Part shown: piece after piece, positions 21,101-29,248 of the stretch
How the letters are laid out: each line of letters begins with the position of its first letter
Position numbering within the stretch: the first letter of the stretch is position 1
From: Rhodothermales bacterium
Lineage (GTDB): Bacteria; Bacteroidota; Rhodothermia; Rhodothermales; Bin80
Reading direction: 5' to 3'
DNA: 64,000 nucleotides
NCBI GenBank assembly: GCA_965218495.1
Contig: OZ244626.1
Coordinates: forward strand, 1,030,469 to 1,094,468
Translations under genes and position numbers: made by a program
The notes under the pieces: generated by a model
The model's input: only the letters and a program-made list of their open reading frames with translations
What the model was told of the DNA's origin: nothing
The model's database searches: none

Positions 21101-21357
21101 TGCGCCTGTATGCGGACGGTGCAGCGGTATGGCCAGGATCCGGGGCACTCCGGCGCGATGTAGGTACCGAGTTGCGCCTGAAGCTGGGCTCCTATTACCT
21201 GCTTCCTACGGCACTTTTTGCCAGCGCCACATATGGGCTGGACACCTTCGACTATGTGCTGGACGAAGACTTTGTGACGCCCACCGGTGCCCGGACCGTG
21301 CGTTACGGAAAGGAATGGCAATGGCACTTTGGCGTGCTGTTTGGGTTTGACCTGTAA
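18112..21357 (+). CDS. Zinc-metallopeptidase-motif (HExxH) / PD40 beta-propeller / C-terminal beta-barrel protein
   Basis: Signal peptide (ALATLALWAPPAWGQ). HEFTH at 18511-18525. TolB-like PD40 repeats (PAFSPDGTTVAYVS, WRPDGKAIVYA, PAYAPNGRRIAFVS). The last approx 400 aa are strand-rich and end ...WHFGVLFGFDL. 4-nt overlap with the upstream gene. Confidence 0.7.
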   Translation: MRVLHAIALATLALWAPPAWGQVSVSLMEFARPGLQWHAIETDHFTVLYHAEGTGGSSERSAREVARIAESVYGPITALYDHKPSGKVHIILKDFEDYSNGAAYFYDNKIEIWAPALDSPLRGDHAWLHNVVAHEFTHIVQVQVAMKMPRALPFAYLQILDYENVRRPDVLYGYPNVIVSYPIAGLSNPAWLAEGTAQFQRTFMNFDRWDTHRDMLLRTRVLARQTLSLAEMGSFYSKSSLMREGVYNHGYAFTRYLAHKYGEPILADLSRALARWRNWNVERALKEVTGRSADSVYGDWMDGLEAAYGVAAAPMREAMVQGRLVETRGHANYHPAFSPDGTTVAYVSSGDRHYGQTSLYVQDLASGELSAFELGTRTPAYTCALGHRLRRNVGGSVTWRPDGKAIVYARRRTTQAGYLYGDLYEITLESEKEVRLTHDARASHPAYAPNGRRIAFVSQRDGSTNVTVLETASGNARSVTSFVDGTQVSDPAWQGEWIYFALLEPGAHGRDLWRVHADGTGLESVLATADDERSPAIRGDDLYYSADATGIYNVYRKTADHTEQLTQVLGGAFMPNVRADGAIIYAHYQWDGYKIALLEAPAPIAAPIHYEVPEFPGKVAQPDAMAVLKPSTAAGMDSTRRYAADFTAFSFFPVLRLDQYVSRRANNLDRRLPERSRAGTLFRNTKMGFYTSSREMLEGMSLFAGLMVGPGSRPVDSFADAISPSNLLSLERDAFLIFDYRRGFRIIPARWSPQLSVELFNIRRHVENGLSIEEFPCTACFPDTTLTDLTYALWEGSIYVRSKVSRNLVVEGGYRYSPYRVVTDQFFSRELLQPIPKSSSRYFIGRTGLLKVYFEALSSHREADLLPIGLTVDLAYERESGHLIDRFDIRNGFLVPIYRRDQFHRLRLGAQWGMRLPGRVRGATHGASLRMHGSAILGKSRDNFYDDYVGGLSGARGYPFYALGGNKAIWLQASYSVPVFPDIGRQLFFTYLDKMYLRLYADGAAVWPGSGALRRDVGTELRLKLGSYYLLPTALFASATYGLDTFDYVLDEDFVTPTGARTVRYGKEWQWHFGVLFGFDL

Positions 21358-21374
21358 CGATTCGGTCGGGCGGT

Positions 21375-22010
21375 ATGAATATGATTGTCATCATGGTGGT
21401 TGCCGCATGCATGATTGTGGTAGGCATCGTCTTTCTCTGGCTGCTGCTACGAGGGAGCGACAGCCAGCAGCCGCGGGGCGGCATGGAGTGGGCGGGTACC
21501 GTAATGTCGGTGCTGCTTATTCTTTGTGCGGGTTTCTTGATGGCGCTGGCACTGGCACATACTGAGAAAGAGGTGATGACACAAAGCGGCGTTGACCAGC
21601 CGGCAAGCGACATCGCCTTCAAGCTGTTGTCCAGTGATGCCCCACAGCGTCTTTCGGACTTTGAGGGCAAAGTTGTACTGCTGAATTTTTGGGCCACCTG
21701 GTGCCAACCCTGTGTCACGGAGCTGCCGGAGCTCGACCGACTGCAGGCCGACTACGCAGACCAGGGTCTGACTGTGATCACGCTTTCGGACGAATCCCGG
21801 GAGGAGCTGAATATCTTCGCTGATCTGTGGCCAAAGCGCACCGTGTCGGGGTATTTCTTGCCGGAGGTGGCCCCGGAGCCTTACCGCAGCGAGCTCGAAC
21901 GGGGGCGCCCGGTAACCTACGTAATAGATCGCGACGGCTTTGTCCGCCAGTTCATCGTTGGTGCTGGCAACTACAACTCGTTTGAGCGGCACGTTCGCCC
22001 GTATATTTGA
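21375..22010 (+). CDS. Membrane-anchored thioredoxin-fold thiol:disulfide oxidoreductase (TlpA/redoxin family)
   Basis: Two N-terminal hydrophobic helices followed by FWATWCQPC (CxxC) in a thioredoxin-like domain. Confidence 0.8.
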   Translation: MNMIVIMVVAACMIVVGIVFLWLLLRGSDSQQPRGGMEWAGTVMSVLLILCAGFLMALALAHTEKEVMTQSGVDQPASDIAFKLLSSDAPQRLSDFEGKVVLLNFWATWCQPCVTELPELDRLQADYADQGLTVITLSDESREELNIFADLWPKRTVSGYFLPEVAPEPYRSELERGRPVTYVIDRDGFVRQFIVGAGNYNSFERHVRPYI

Positions 22011-23023
22011 CAGCGCAACTGACGGTTCGGACCTCCATTCGCGCGGCCTTGGCGGCCGGCCTTATGGCGCTGATCATCGTGCCGGGGGGCCAAGCGATGC
22101 AAGCTGAATCGCAGCCAAGCTACACCTCTGCCACGCTTCGTTCCACGTTGGCACACGGGCCCTTGTCTGCGGATGTGCCGGGCCTGCGCCGTTCCAGAAG
22201 CGTGCCACTGGCCTTTGGCCTGTCTGTGTTGGTGCCTGGCGCCGGACAGGTCTATAACCGTCACTGGATCAAGGCATCGGTCGCCGTCGCGGCAGAGCTC
22301 GGCACACTTTGGGCGTGGTCCTCATGGCGGTCGCAAGGCCAAAGTGGTCGCGACGGGTATCAGGCCACCGCCCACGCACATTGGAGCCCTGTGCAATATG
22401 CGCTGTGGCTCAATGACTTCACTTCATACCTTAACTCAATTCCGGGCGGAAGCGGGGTCCAAGCGGACCTCATCACAATTGAGGAGGTGCTCTTTCGTTT
22501 TGACCTTTCTCGTCCGAGTGCCTGGACCAGCAATCAGCAGCTGGCCGTCCGACGCCTGATCCTGGACATCCGCATGCTGGAATCGCTGGTATATCATCCC
22601 GAAACAGGCGCCCGTTTTTCGCACCAGCTGCCGTTCTTTGGAGAGCAGCAGTACTACGAACTCGTCGGCAAGTACTTTCAATTCGCGCCGGGCTGGGATG
22701 ACTACACTCTTCTGGTCAGAGATGGCGTTGCCACCTGGATTGATGAAGACGGCAACTTCATCGACTCCATTGATCCGGAAAAAACTGCACCAGATGGCAG
22801 CAAGCCCAATGTGTCTCGCCGCTTCTTTGCATATGCGGACCGCCACGCAGAGTCCAATGATTACCTTCGGCGCGCCTCAAGGGTAACGATCCTGTTCTTT
22901 GTCAACCACCTCTTGGCCGCCGTTGATGCAGCGGTTTCGGCCAAGCTCCAAAACAACCGGCTGCAGACGCGGCTAGGATTCTACCAGCGCGAGCCTATGC
23001 TGACGATGCAACTCAGCTTCTAG
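22007..23023 (+). CDS. DUF5683-like domain protein
   Basis: LSVLVPGAGQVYNRHWIKASV resembles the DUF5683 motif (PGLGQIYN..YWK). TTG start overlaps the upstream stop. Remainder unrecognised. Confidence 0.55.
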   Translation: MTAQLTVRTSIRAALAAGLMALIIVPGGQAMQAESQPSYTSATLRSTLAHGPLSADVPGLRRSRSVPLAFGLSVLVPGAGQVYNRHWIKASVAVAAELGTLWAWSSWRSQGQSGRDGYQATAHAHWSPVQYALWLNDFTSYLNSIPGGSGVQADLITIEEVLFRFDLSRPSAWTSNQQLAVRRLILDIRMLESLVYHPETGARFSHQLPFFGEQQYYELVGKYFQFAPGWDDYTLLVRDGVATWIDEDGNFIDSIDPEKTAPDGSKPNVSRRFFAYADRHAESNDYLRRASRVTILFFVNHLLAAVDAAVSAKLQNNRLQTRLGFYQREPMLTMQLSF

Positions 23024-23653
23024 TTGGCCGCCGAGCAAGCTAGAATTTGGGCTGGATTCACTCCGCCCCCGCACCACATCTTCGCGGCACTCCCTGCGCA
23101 GGCCTTTTTCGGATAGTCAGTTACAGCATCGCCCTCAGGTAGCCTACATGCTGCCGGCAGTTCACGGGAAAGCGGCATCCAAAAGACGGTGCAGCAGTGT
23201 TAAGCTGTCATCTGTGCGGCCAAGTTGCTCATTGCGCATACCGGTCATTGCCCTCCTCTCCAGCGATCGGCAAGAATGGGGGAAGCCCGATGCTCCAAGT
23301 GGTATGAATCTTGTGGACGCTGTAGTCCAGAAGGCTTTAATCGTGAGCACCTGCCGGGTTTCTCTGTCGTTAAGGCTACCATCCATTCCAACGCAACAAC
23401 GCGCGCAGTGCGACGTTCGGCCAATGGGGATCTTGAGTTTGGGGTTAGGCGAAACGTCGTGGCAGAGGTCGACGTCAGGGTTTGAGCAGAGCCAAATGGC
23501 CAGACAACAGACGCTCCCTGCGGCGATATCGAAGTGCTCGGATCCGTTCACGGCGAAGAGTCTCGCACTTCCCTCACCGTTTCCTTGCTGGCAGAGGTGC
23601 ACCGCTTAGATTAGAGATTGCTATTATGCGCACAATCAATCCCGCAATTCTTT

Positions 23654-24952
23654 ATGACTTGGCTTAAGAAGCTCCACAATCAGATCATCCTCGGGCTCAT
23701 TTTGGGCTTACTCTACGGTATCCTGTCAGCAGCAATGGGGTGGGGGGAGTTTACCAGCGACTGGATCGGGCCCTTTGGGACGATATTCCTGCGTTCGCTC
23801 TTTCTGATCGCCGTGCCGCTGGTCTTGGCCTCTATCATCACTGGCGTGGCGTCGCTTTCGGACACAAAAAAGCTCTCCCGAATCGGTGGCAAAACCATTG
23901 CCATCTACATTGGCACAACAGTGGCAGCGCTAATCATCGGGCTTGCCTTGGTGAATTTGCTGCGGCCCGGCGGATTCGTGCCGGACGACGTGAAAGAGCA
24001 GCTCACCGCAGAGTACAGTGAGATGGCCGAGACGCGCGCAGAAACCGCTACCGAAGCCATGGAGGACCGCGGACCCTTGCAGGCAGTTGTGGACATGGTG
24101 CCGGATAACATTTTTGGCTCCGCGTCCAGTAACCGTAACATGCTTCAGGTCGTCTTCGTGGCCATCCTGTTTGGCGTGGCACTGCTAATGCTGCCAGGCG
24201 AGAAGGCACGGCCGCTGCTCTCTTTCTTTGAAAGCCTCAACGAGATGGTGATCAAAATCGTTGAGCTCATCATGAAGATAGCACCGTTAGGAGTGTTCGC
24301 ACTTCTGGCGGATACCATCAATCAAGTTTCGCAGAACGACTTGAATGGGCTATGGTCCCTGCTCGGGGCGTTAGGGTTCTACATGATTGTGGTGGTGCTG
24401 GGGCTGATCATTCACGTTGGCGTCACCTACACGGCGATCCTGAAGTTCTTTACGCCGATGACGCTGAAGCGCTTCTTTGTGGGTTTGGCACCGGCACAGC
24501 TGGTAGCGTTTTCCACCTCATCCAGCGGGGCTACGCTTCCGGTTACGATGGAGATGACCGAAAAGAATCTCGGTGTTTCGGAAGAGGTCTCTTCCTTTGT
24601 TTTACCACTGGGTGCCACCATCAACATGGACGGAACGGCGCTCTACCAGGCAGTTGCAGCGGTATTTATTGCGCAGGCGCTGGGCATCGCACTTGGCCTT
24701 GGTGCGCAGCTGGAGATTGTCCTTCTTGCCCTCCTGGCGTCAATCGGGACTGCGGCGGTACCCAGCGCGGGCATCATCATGCTGGTCATCATCCTCCAGT
24801 CCGTGGGTGTGCCTGCTGCAGGGATTGCGCTCATCCTTGGGGTCGACCGCATCCTGGACATGTGCCGCACGGTATGCAACGTCACGGGCGACGCCACGGT
24901 AGCCACCCTCGTAGCCGCAACGGAGAACCAGATAGACGCTGCACCAGCGTAG
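23654..24952 (+). CDS. Dicarboxylate/amino acid:cation symporter (DAACS family, GltP-like)
   Basis: Multi-TM protein with family motifs SSSGATLPVT, INMDGTALYQ and DRILDMCRTVCNVTGD. ATG 23654 is preferred over TTG 23618. Confidence 0.85.
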   Translation: MTWLKKLHNQIILGLILGLLYGILSAAMGWGEFTSDWIGPFGTIFLRSLFLIAVPLVLASIITGVASLSDTKKLSRIGGKTIAIYIGTTVAALIIGLALVNLLRPGGFVPDDVKEQLTAEYSEMAETRAETATEAMEDRGPLQAVVDMVPDNIFGSASSNRNMLQVVFVAILFGVALLMLPGEKARPLLSFFESLNEMVIKIVELIMKIAPLGVFALLADTINQVSQNDLNGLWSLLGALGFYMIVVVLGLIIHVGVTYTAILKFFTPMTLKRFFVGLAPAQLVAFSTSSSGATLPVTMEMTEKNLGVSEEVSSFVLPLGATINMDGTALYQAVAAVFIAQALGIALGLGAQLEIVLLALLASIGTAAVPSAGIIMLVIILQSVGVPAAGIALILGVDRILDMCRTVCNVTGDATVATLVAATENQIDAAPA

Positions 24953-24961
24953 AGGGCGTAG

Positions 24962-25035
24962 TACGCCCGAGAGGATTCGAACCTCCGACCTTCTGCTCCG
25001 GAGGCAGACGCTCTATCCAGCTGAGCTACGGGCGC
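24962..25035 (-). tRNA. tRNA-Arg (anticodon CCG)
   Basis: The reverse complement GCGCCCGTAGCTCAGCTGGATAGAGCGTCTGCCTCCGGAGCAGAAGGTCGGAGGTTCGAATCCTCTCGGGCGTA folds as a cloverleaf. It has a 7-bp acceptor (G1-U72 wobble), D arm GCTC/GAGC, anticodon stem TCTGC/GCAGA with loop CTCCGGA, and T arm GGAGG-TTCGAAT-CCTCT. CCA is not encoded. Confidence 0.9.
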
Positions 25036-25097
25036 AGGTGCAAGGGGGAAACGGATTGAATCCCACTTAGATCCACCAGCCTGCAGGCAGTCCTGCC

Positions 25098-25988
25098 ATG
25101 GAAAACGGCTTTTTGGAAGACGGGCCGCTGGCGCAGTGGCATCCGGCGCTGGTAGCCTTCGCGGCGCTGTTAGCCGGATTCCTTGCGTACGTGGCGGTCG
25201 GGAGTGTAGCGCTCATTGCACTGCTGGTGGCTCGTGGCGCGTCGCCGCTGGAGGCCGCAATGGGCGGTGCCGAGCTTCTTGCCGAGCACGCTACGATCGT
25301 TTTTACCGGCAATGCCATAGGCTTGGCCTTGGGCTTGGGGCTGCTTGCCATTCTTGTTGCGCGCTTGCAGACTACGCGTCCGTGGTCGCTGTTGCGTGCG
25401 CGATCCTTGGACCTGCCCGCAACGTGGTTGGCGCTGCTGGGATTGCTGGCGATAATGCCCACCATCATGTGGCTCGGCGAGCTCAACGAAAGCGTGCCGC
25501 TTCCAGAGTTTATCAGGATCATGGAAGAAGAGCAGCTCGCGCTGCTGGAAATCGCACTCTCCGGGGAGGGAAGCCTTGCCCTGAACCTCATATTGGTGGC
25601 GCTGACGCCTGCATTGTTTGAAGAGGTATTCTTCAGGGGGCTGGTGCAGCGCAACTTTGAGCGCACGTGGGGTGCCGCGGTGGGCATTGCGGCGACGGGA
25701 GTCGTGTTTGCACTGTTTCATTTGCGTCTGACGCAGGCGCTGCCGCTGATGTTCGTGGGCATATACTTGGCCTACCTAGTCTGGCGCACAGGCAGCCTGT
25801 GGGTGCCCATCATTGTCCACTTTGCCAACAATGCCATTGCACTCATCTTCAGCGGGGCCGCCAAGAGCCGGATTAACATGGATCTGAACACGATGGAAGC
25901 GTCCGTAATACCTTGGTATGTCGTAGGTTTAGGCATAATCATCTTCGTTGGCGTCATTTTGCTGCTCCAGCGACGAGGGACTACTTGA
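25098..25988 (+). CDS. CPBP-family intramembrane glutamic endopeptidase (CAAX protease-like)
   Basis: Polytopic membrane protein with EEVFFRGL (EExxxR), FALFH and HFANN motifs. Confidence 0.8.
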   Translation: MENGFLEDGPLAQWHPALVAFAALLAGFLAYVAVGSVALIALLVARGASPLEAAMGGAELLAEHATIVFTGNAIGLALGLGLLAILVARLQTTRPWSLLRARSLDLPATWLALLGLLAIMPTIMWLGELNESVPLPEFIRIMEEEQLALLEIALSGEGSLALNLILVALTPALFEEVFFRGLVQRNFERTWGAAVGIAATGVVFALFHLRLTQALPLMFVGIYLAYLVWRTGSLWVPIIVHFANNAIALIFSGAAKSRINMDLNTMEASVIPWYVVGLGIIIFVGVILLLQRRGTT

Positions 25989-25992
25989 TTTC

Positions 25993-26259
25993 ATGAAGCG
26001 CCCAGGATGGAGCATTGTGTTTTCCTCTGGCACCGATTATGAATCGGAGCTCGTAAAGAGCCGCCTGGTGGACGCGGATATTCCCGTGGTACTGCTAAGC
26101 CAGCGGGATCACGCGTGGAACCTTTGCCATGGGTATTTAGCGAAGGTACGCGTGTTCGTTCCCGATGCGTTCCGAGAAGCTGCACAAGCTCTGCTGAGCG
26201 AGCCGCCTTTGAGTGAAGACGAACTTGAAGCGCTCGCATTGAGCGAGGGCTTGGCATAG
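25993..26259 (+). CDS. Small DUF2007-like (putative signal-transducing) protein
   Basis: Internal ATG of ORF 25948-26259, 4 nt after the upstream stop. The 88-aa sequence (SELVKSRLVDADIPVVLLSQRD...VFVP) fits the small alpha/beta DUF2007 pattern. Weak call. Confidence 0.4.
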   Translation: MKRPGWSIVFSSGTDYESELVKSRLVDADIPVVLLSQRDHAWNLCHGYLAKVRVFVPDAFREAAQALLSEPPLSEDELEALALSEGLA

Positions 26260-26300
26260 CCACGGTTGCTTCAATTTAGCGCTGGGCGCAACGCCCTGGC

Positions 26301-27107
26301 ATGAACTGGCTCGGATCCAATCTGCTTAGACGCACGATCACCGCTGCGATTGGCGCGGCGCTGCTGATTGGCAGTGCGTGGCTTGGCGGATGGTATTTTG
26401 GCGGGGTTGTGCTCCTGACTGCAATACTGGGTCAGTGGGAATGGTATGGCCTCCTGCGGCATGCGGGGCTGATTCCTTGGCGCTTCACGGGCCTGTCTAT
26501 TGGGATTCTGCTAGTCCTGCACCCCCTCCTGCCTGGTAGCGTCCGTTTGGCGATGGTACCTCTGGTGCTGCTCCTAGTGTGGATGCCGTTTTCGAAGCGT
26601 GACGCGGTGGTGCATGCTTTCTGTGCGACGATTTCGGGGGCGCTATATCCAGCGGCACTGTTGAGTTTTTTGCTGTACCTGCGCGCCATGAACGAGGGGT
26701 TCTTGCTGGTCGTCACCGTATTTGCGCTGGTCTGGGTTGGAGACATCTGCGCGTACGCGGCAGGCAGGCTATGGGGTCGGCGCAAGCTTGCGCCGTTAAC
26801 TTCACCCAACAAGACGTGGGAAGGCTATATCGCGGGTATTCTTGGGCCTCTTGTTGCGGGGGCGGCCATTTTCTATGTGTTTGCGGAGCCGCTGGGCCTT
26901 GTTCCGGTGCTGGTGTTAGCCATGATCTGCGGCGTTGCGAGTGCCTCGGGCGATCTCGCGGAGAGCCGATTTAAGCGCGCAGTCCAGCTAAGCGACTCCG
27001 GGAGCCTGCTTCCCGGACACGGGGGCGTCCTGGACCGCTTTGATGGCATGATTGTCGCAGCGCCTCTCGCCTATCTCTTCATGTGGGTCATAGCAGCGGG
27101 CGGTTAG
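26301..27107 (+). CDS. cdsA: Phosphatidate cytidylyltransferase
   Basis: Multi-TM protein with the signature SRFKRAVQLSDSGSLLPGHGGVLDRFDG (S..KR....KD...L.PGHGG..DR.D). Confidence 0.9.
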   Translation: MNWLGSNLLRRTITAAIGAALLIGSAWLGGWYFGGVVLLTAILGQWEWYGLLRHAGLIPWRFTGLSIGILLVLHPLLPGSVRLAMVPLVLLLVWMPFSKRDAVVHAFCATISGALYPAALLSFLLYLRAMNEGFLLVVTVFALVWVGDICAYAAGRLWGRRKLAPLTSPNKTWEGYIAGILGPLVAGAAIFYVFAEPLGLVPVLVLAMICGVASASGDLAESRFKRAVQLSDSGSLLPGHGGVLDRFDGMIVAAPLAYLFMWVIAAGG

Positions 27108-27112
27108 ATCCC

Positions 27113-27153
27113 CCGGCGGCCTTGGCCAATCGCGGCATGGCCTTGGCCGCCGG
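27113..27153 (+). terminator. GC-rich inverted repeat just after cdsA (possible terminator hairpin)
   Basis: ccggcggcc (27113-27121) pairs with ggccgccgg (27145-27153), with an internal ttggcca palindrome. No U-tract follows, so terminator function is uncertain. Confidence 0.25.
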
Positions 27154-27214
27154 CCTCCTTGAAGGTGGAACGAAACTCCGTGTGAAGGGTACTCCGCAGT
27201 GGAGGTAAAAGGCT

Positions 27215-27421
27215 ATGGCAATTTTTCAAAGCAGAAGAAAGGTCAAGCCGCGCGTCTATTCATACGAGCCGCGGTTCTACGATCCCTCACGTGATGAAAG
27301 CCTCAAGCGCCGAATGCGGATTCAGAGCCGTGCCCGACGCCGGCGCAGTCCGCTGGCGCTCATATATCTCGCAGCGCTGCTCTTTTTTGCCTTTTACATC
27401 TACAACGCGCTCGGAGGGTAG
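27215..27421 (+). CDS. Small basic membrane-anchored protein (hypothetical)
   Basis: 68-aa ORF in the cdsA-mutL gap. Arg/Lys-rich N-terminus and one C-terminal TM helix (LALIYLAALLFFAFYIY). Confidence 0.35.
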   Translation: MAIFQSRRKVKPRVYSYEPRFYDPSRDESLKRRMRIQSRARRRRSPLALIYLAALLFFAFYIYNALGG

Positions 27422-27445
27422 CGCAGGCCACCCGGAAAGCCCCTG

Positions 27446-29248
27446 GTGATGGCACACGAACGAGGCGAGAGCTCTCCGCGCATTCATGTGATGCCAACTT
27501 CGCTGGCCAACAAGATTGCGGCCGGCGAGGTTGTGGCACGCCCTGCTTCGGTTCTCAAGGAGCTTTTGGAAAATGCCGTTGATGCGGGCGCTAAGGGCGT
27601 CAGCGTTGAAGTCAAGCGGTCAGGAAGCCTCCAGATCTATGTACGTGACGACGGCACGGGCATGGGCCCTGAGGATGCGGTGCAGTGCTTTGCGCGCCAC
27701 GCTACAAGTAAGATTCGGTCAGCAGAGGAGCTGGATCAGATCTGGACTCTGGGATTCCGTGGAGAGGCGCTGGCCTCGATTGCTGCCGTTTCGCAGGTGA
27801 CGCTGAAGACGCGACGGCCGACGGACACCGAAGGGCACATGGTGCGAATTCACGGGGGTGAAGTACTGGCGTCGGAGCCGTGTGCGGCTACAGTCGGTAC
27901 CACCATTGACGTGCGCAACCTGTTTTACAATGTCCCTGCACGCCGCGCATTTCTGAAGTCGCCTGCTACGGAGTTTTCTCATATCAGCGACGTCTTTTTA
28001 GCGCAGGCCCTAGCTAACCCGCGCATGACGTTTTCGCTCAGCCATGCAAACGCTGAGATTTTTCGCCTACCCCCTTGTCCAGGAGATGACGAAACCGCCG
28101 TGCTGCGCGTGCGGATTGGCCAGGTCTTCGGTAGTGACTACGCCGAGCGACTCATCGTCGTCCGCGAAAGCACCAGCTACATCTCAGCCTGCGGCCTCCT
28201 TTGCAGCGCCGAACAGATGCGGCGCAGCAGGAACGAACGTTTTCTGTATGTCAATGGCCGCATCGTGCGTAGCCCCTCTCTGCAGCACGCGGTGATGTCA
28301 GCATACGAAGGGATGGTATCGACCAAGCGGTATCCATTCTATGTGCTCTTTCTATCACTGGACCCCAAACATGTGGACGTAAACGTCCATCCCGCCAAGA
28401 CAGAGGTGCGGTTTGATAGTGACCGAGATGTCTATGGGTTCATGCGAGCAGTGGTACGCAAGGCGCTGGGAAGCGCGGACCTCGTGCCCCAATTCAGTCC
28501 GTCCAAGCTGGCCACGCTAAGTCTGGGGAATGCGAGTAGCCAGGAGCGGTCCAAGACCATGCAGCAGGCATCGTCCGGTGAGCAGCGGTCTTACAGATCC
28601 GCCGAGCAGCTTTCCAACACGCTGTACGCACCCACTGATGCCGACAAGTCGACCGCAGCTGAAACTACAGAAACCGCCCCACAAGTCTGGCAGCTACACA
28701 ACCAGTACATCTGCACGGCATTGCGTACGGGGTTGATGATTCTCGACCAGAGGGCAGCCCATGAGCGCATCCTGTATGAGCGGGCGCTCACCAATATCAA
28801 GGACGGCTTGGGACTATCACAGCAGTTGCTGTTCACGGAGCCAATCGACCTTGATTCGCGGGACATGGCTCTTTTCGACGAGTTGATCCCGCTATTGGTG
28901 GCATCTGGCTTTAACGTCGACAAATACAGCGGGCGCACGGTCGTGGTTCGCGGCATTCCGCAGGGCCTGCACCCGGGTACGGAAAAGCATCTTTTGCGCG
29001 ATGTGATTGCAGAGTACAAGAACAATGCGGACCAGTTGCAAGTCGGCCCGCGTGACAACCTTGCCCGGAGCGTCGCGCGACGCGGGGCCATCAGAGCAGG
29101 GACGGTCATGAATCCTGAAGAGATGAGAGCGCTCATTGATGAGCTTTTTCAGTGCCAAGATCCGTATACGGCGCCCGGCGGACGCCCTGTCCTTCTCAGG
29201 ATTTCCAAAGATGAGCTTAAGCGCCGCTTTAGCAAGGCGCCTTCGTAG
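27446..29248 (+). CDS. mutL: DNA mismatch repair protein MutL
   Basis: GHKL ATPase N-terminus (IAAGEVVARPASVLKELLENAVDAGA, VRDDGTGM, LGFRGEAL) and a C-terminal dimerisation domain. Start is GTG 27446 or ATG 27449. Confidence 0.95.
   Translation: MMAHERGESSPRIHVMPTSLANKIAAGEVVARPASVLKELLENAVDAGAKGVSVEVKRSGSLQIYVRDDGTGMGPEDAVQCFARHATSKIRSAEELDQIWTLGFRGEALASIAAVSQVTLKTRRPTDTEGHMVRIHGGEVLASEPCAATVGTTIDVRNLFYNVPARRAFLKSPATEFSHISDVFLAQALANPRMTFSLSHANAEIFRLPPCPGDDETAVLRVRIGQVFGSDYAERLIVVRESTSYISACGLLCSAEQMRRSRNERFLYVNGRIVRSPSLQHAVMSAYEGMVSTKRYPFYVLFLSLDPKHVDVNVHPAKTEVRFDSDRDVYGFMRAVVRKALGSADLVPQFSPSKLATLSLGNASSQERSKTMQQASSGEQRSYRSAEQLSNTLYAPTDADKSTAAETTETAPQVWQLHNQYICTALRTGLMILDQRAAHERILYERALTNIKDGLGLSQQLLFTEPIDLDSRDMALFDELIPLLVASGFNVDKYSGRTVVVRGIPQGLHPGTEKHLLRDVIAEYKNNADQLQVGPRDNLARSVARRGAIRAGTVMNPEEMRALIDELFQCQDPYTAPGGRPVLLRISKDELKRRFSKAPS

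Noticed and set aside
23300-23620. Possible RNase P RNA on the minus strand (CGACAGAGAAACCCGGC resembles the P4 3' strand; GAGGGAAGUGCGAG resembles GAGGAAAGUCCGGGC).
   Set aside because: The universally conserved AGUCCGGGC core is not present, and the two candidate P4 strands are not complementary. Their spacing (about 210 nt) is too short. tmRNA, SRP, cobalamin and glycine riboswitch cores were also not found.
25067-25687. Long antisense or out-of-frame ORFs overlapping well-supported genes. Examples: 724-1290 (-), 25067-25687 (-), 25170-25721 (-), 46480-47043 (-), 47317-47913 (-), 48955-49680 (-), 51220-52002 (-), 52027-52803 (-), 54403-55176 (-), 58594-59277 (+).
   Set aside because: High-GC genomes generate long stop-free shadow frames. 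Their products are Arg/Ser/Pro/Ala-rich with no motifs, and each lies fully inside a gene with strong family signatures.
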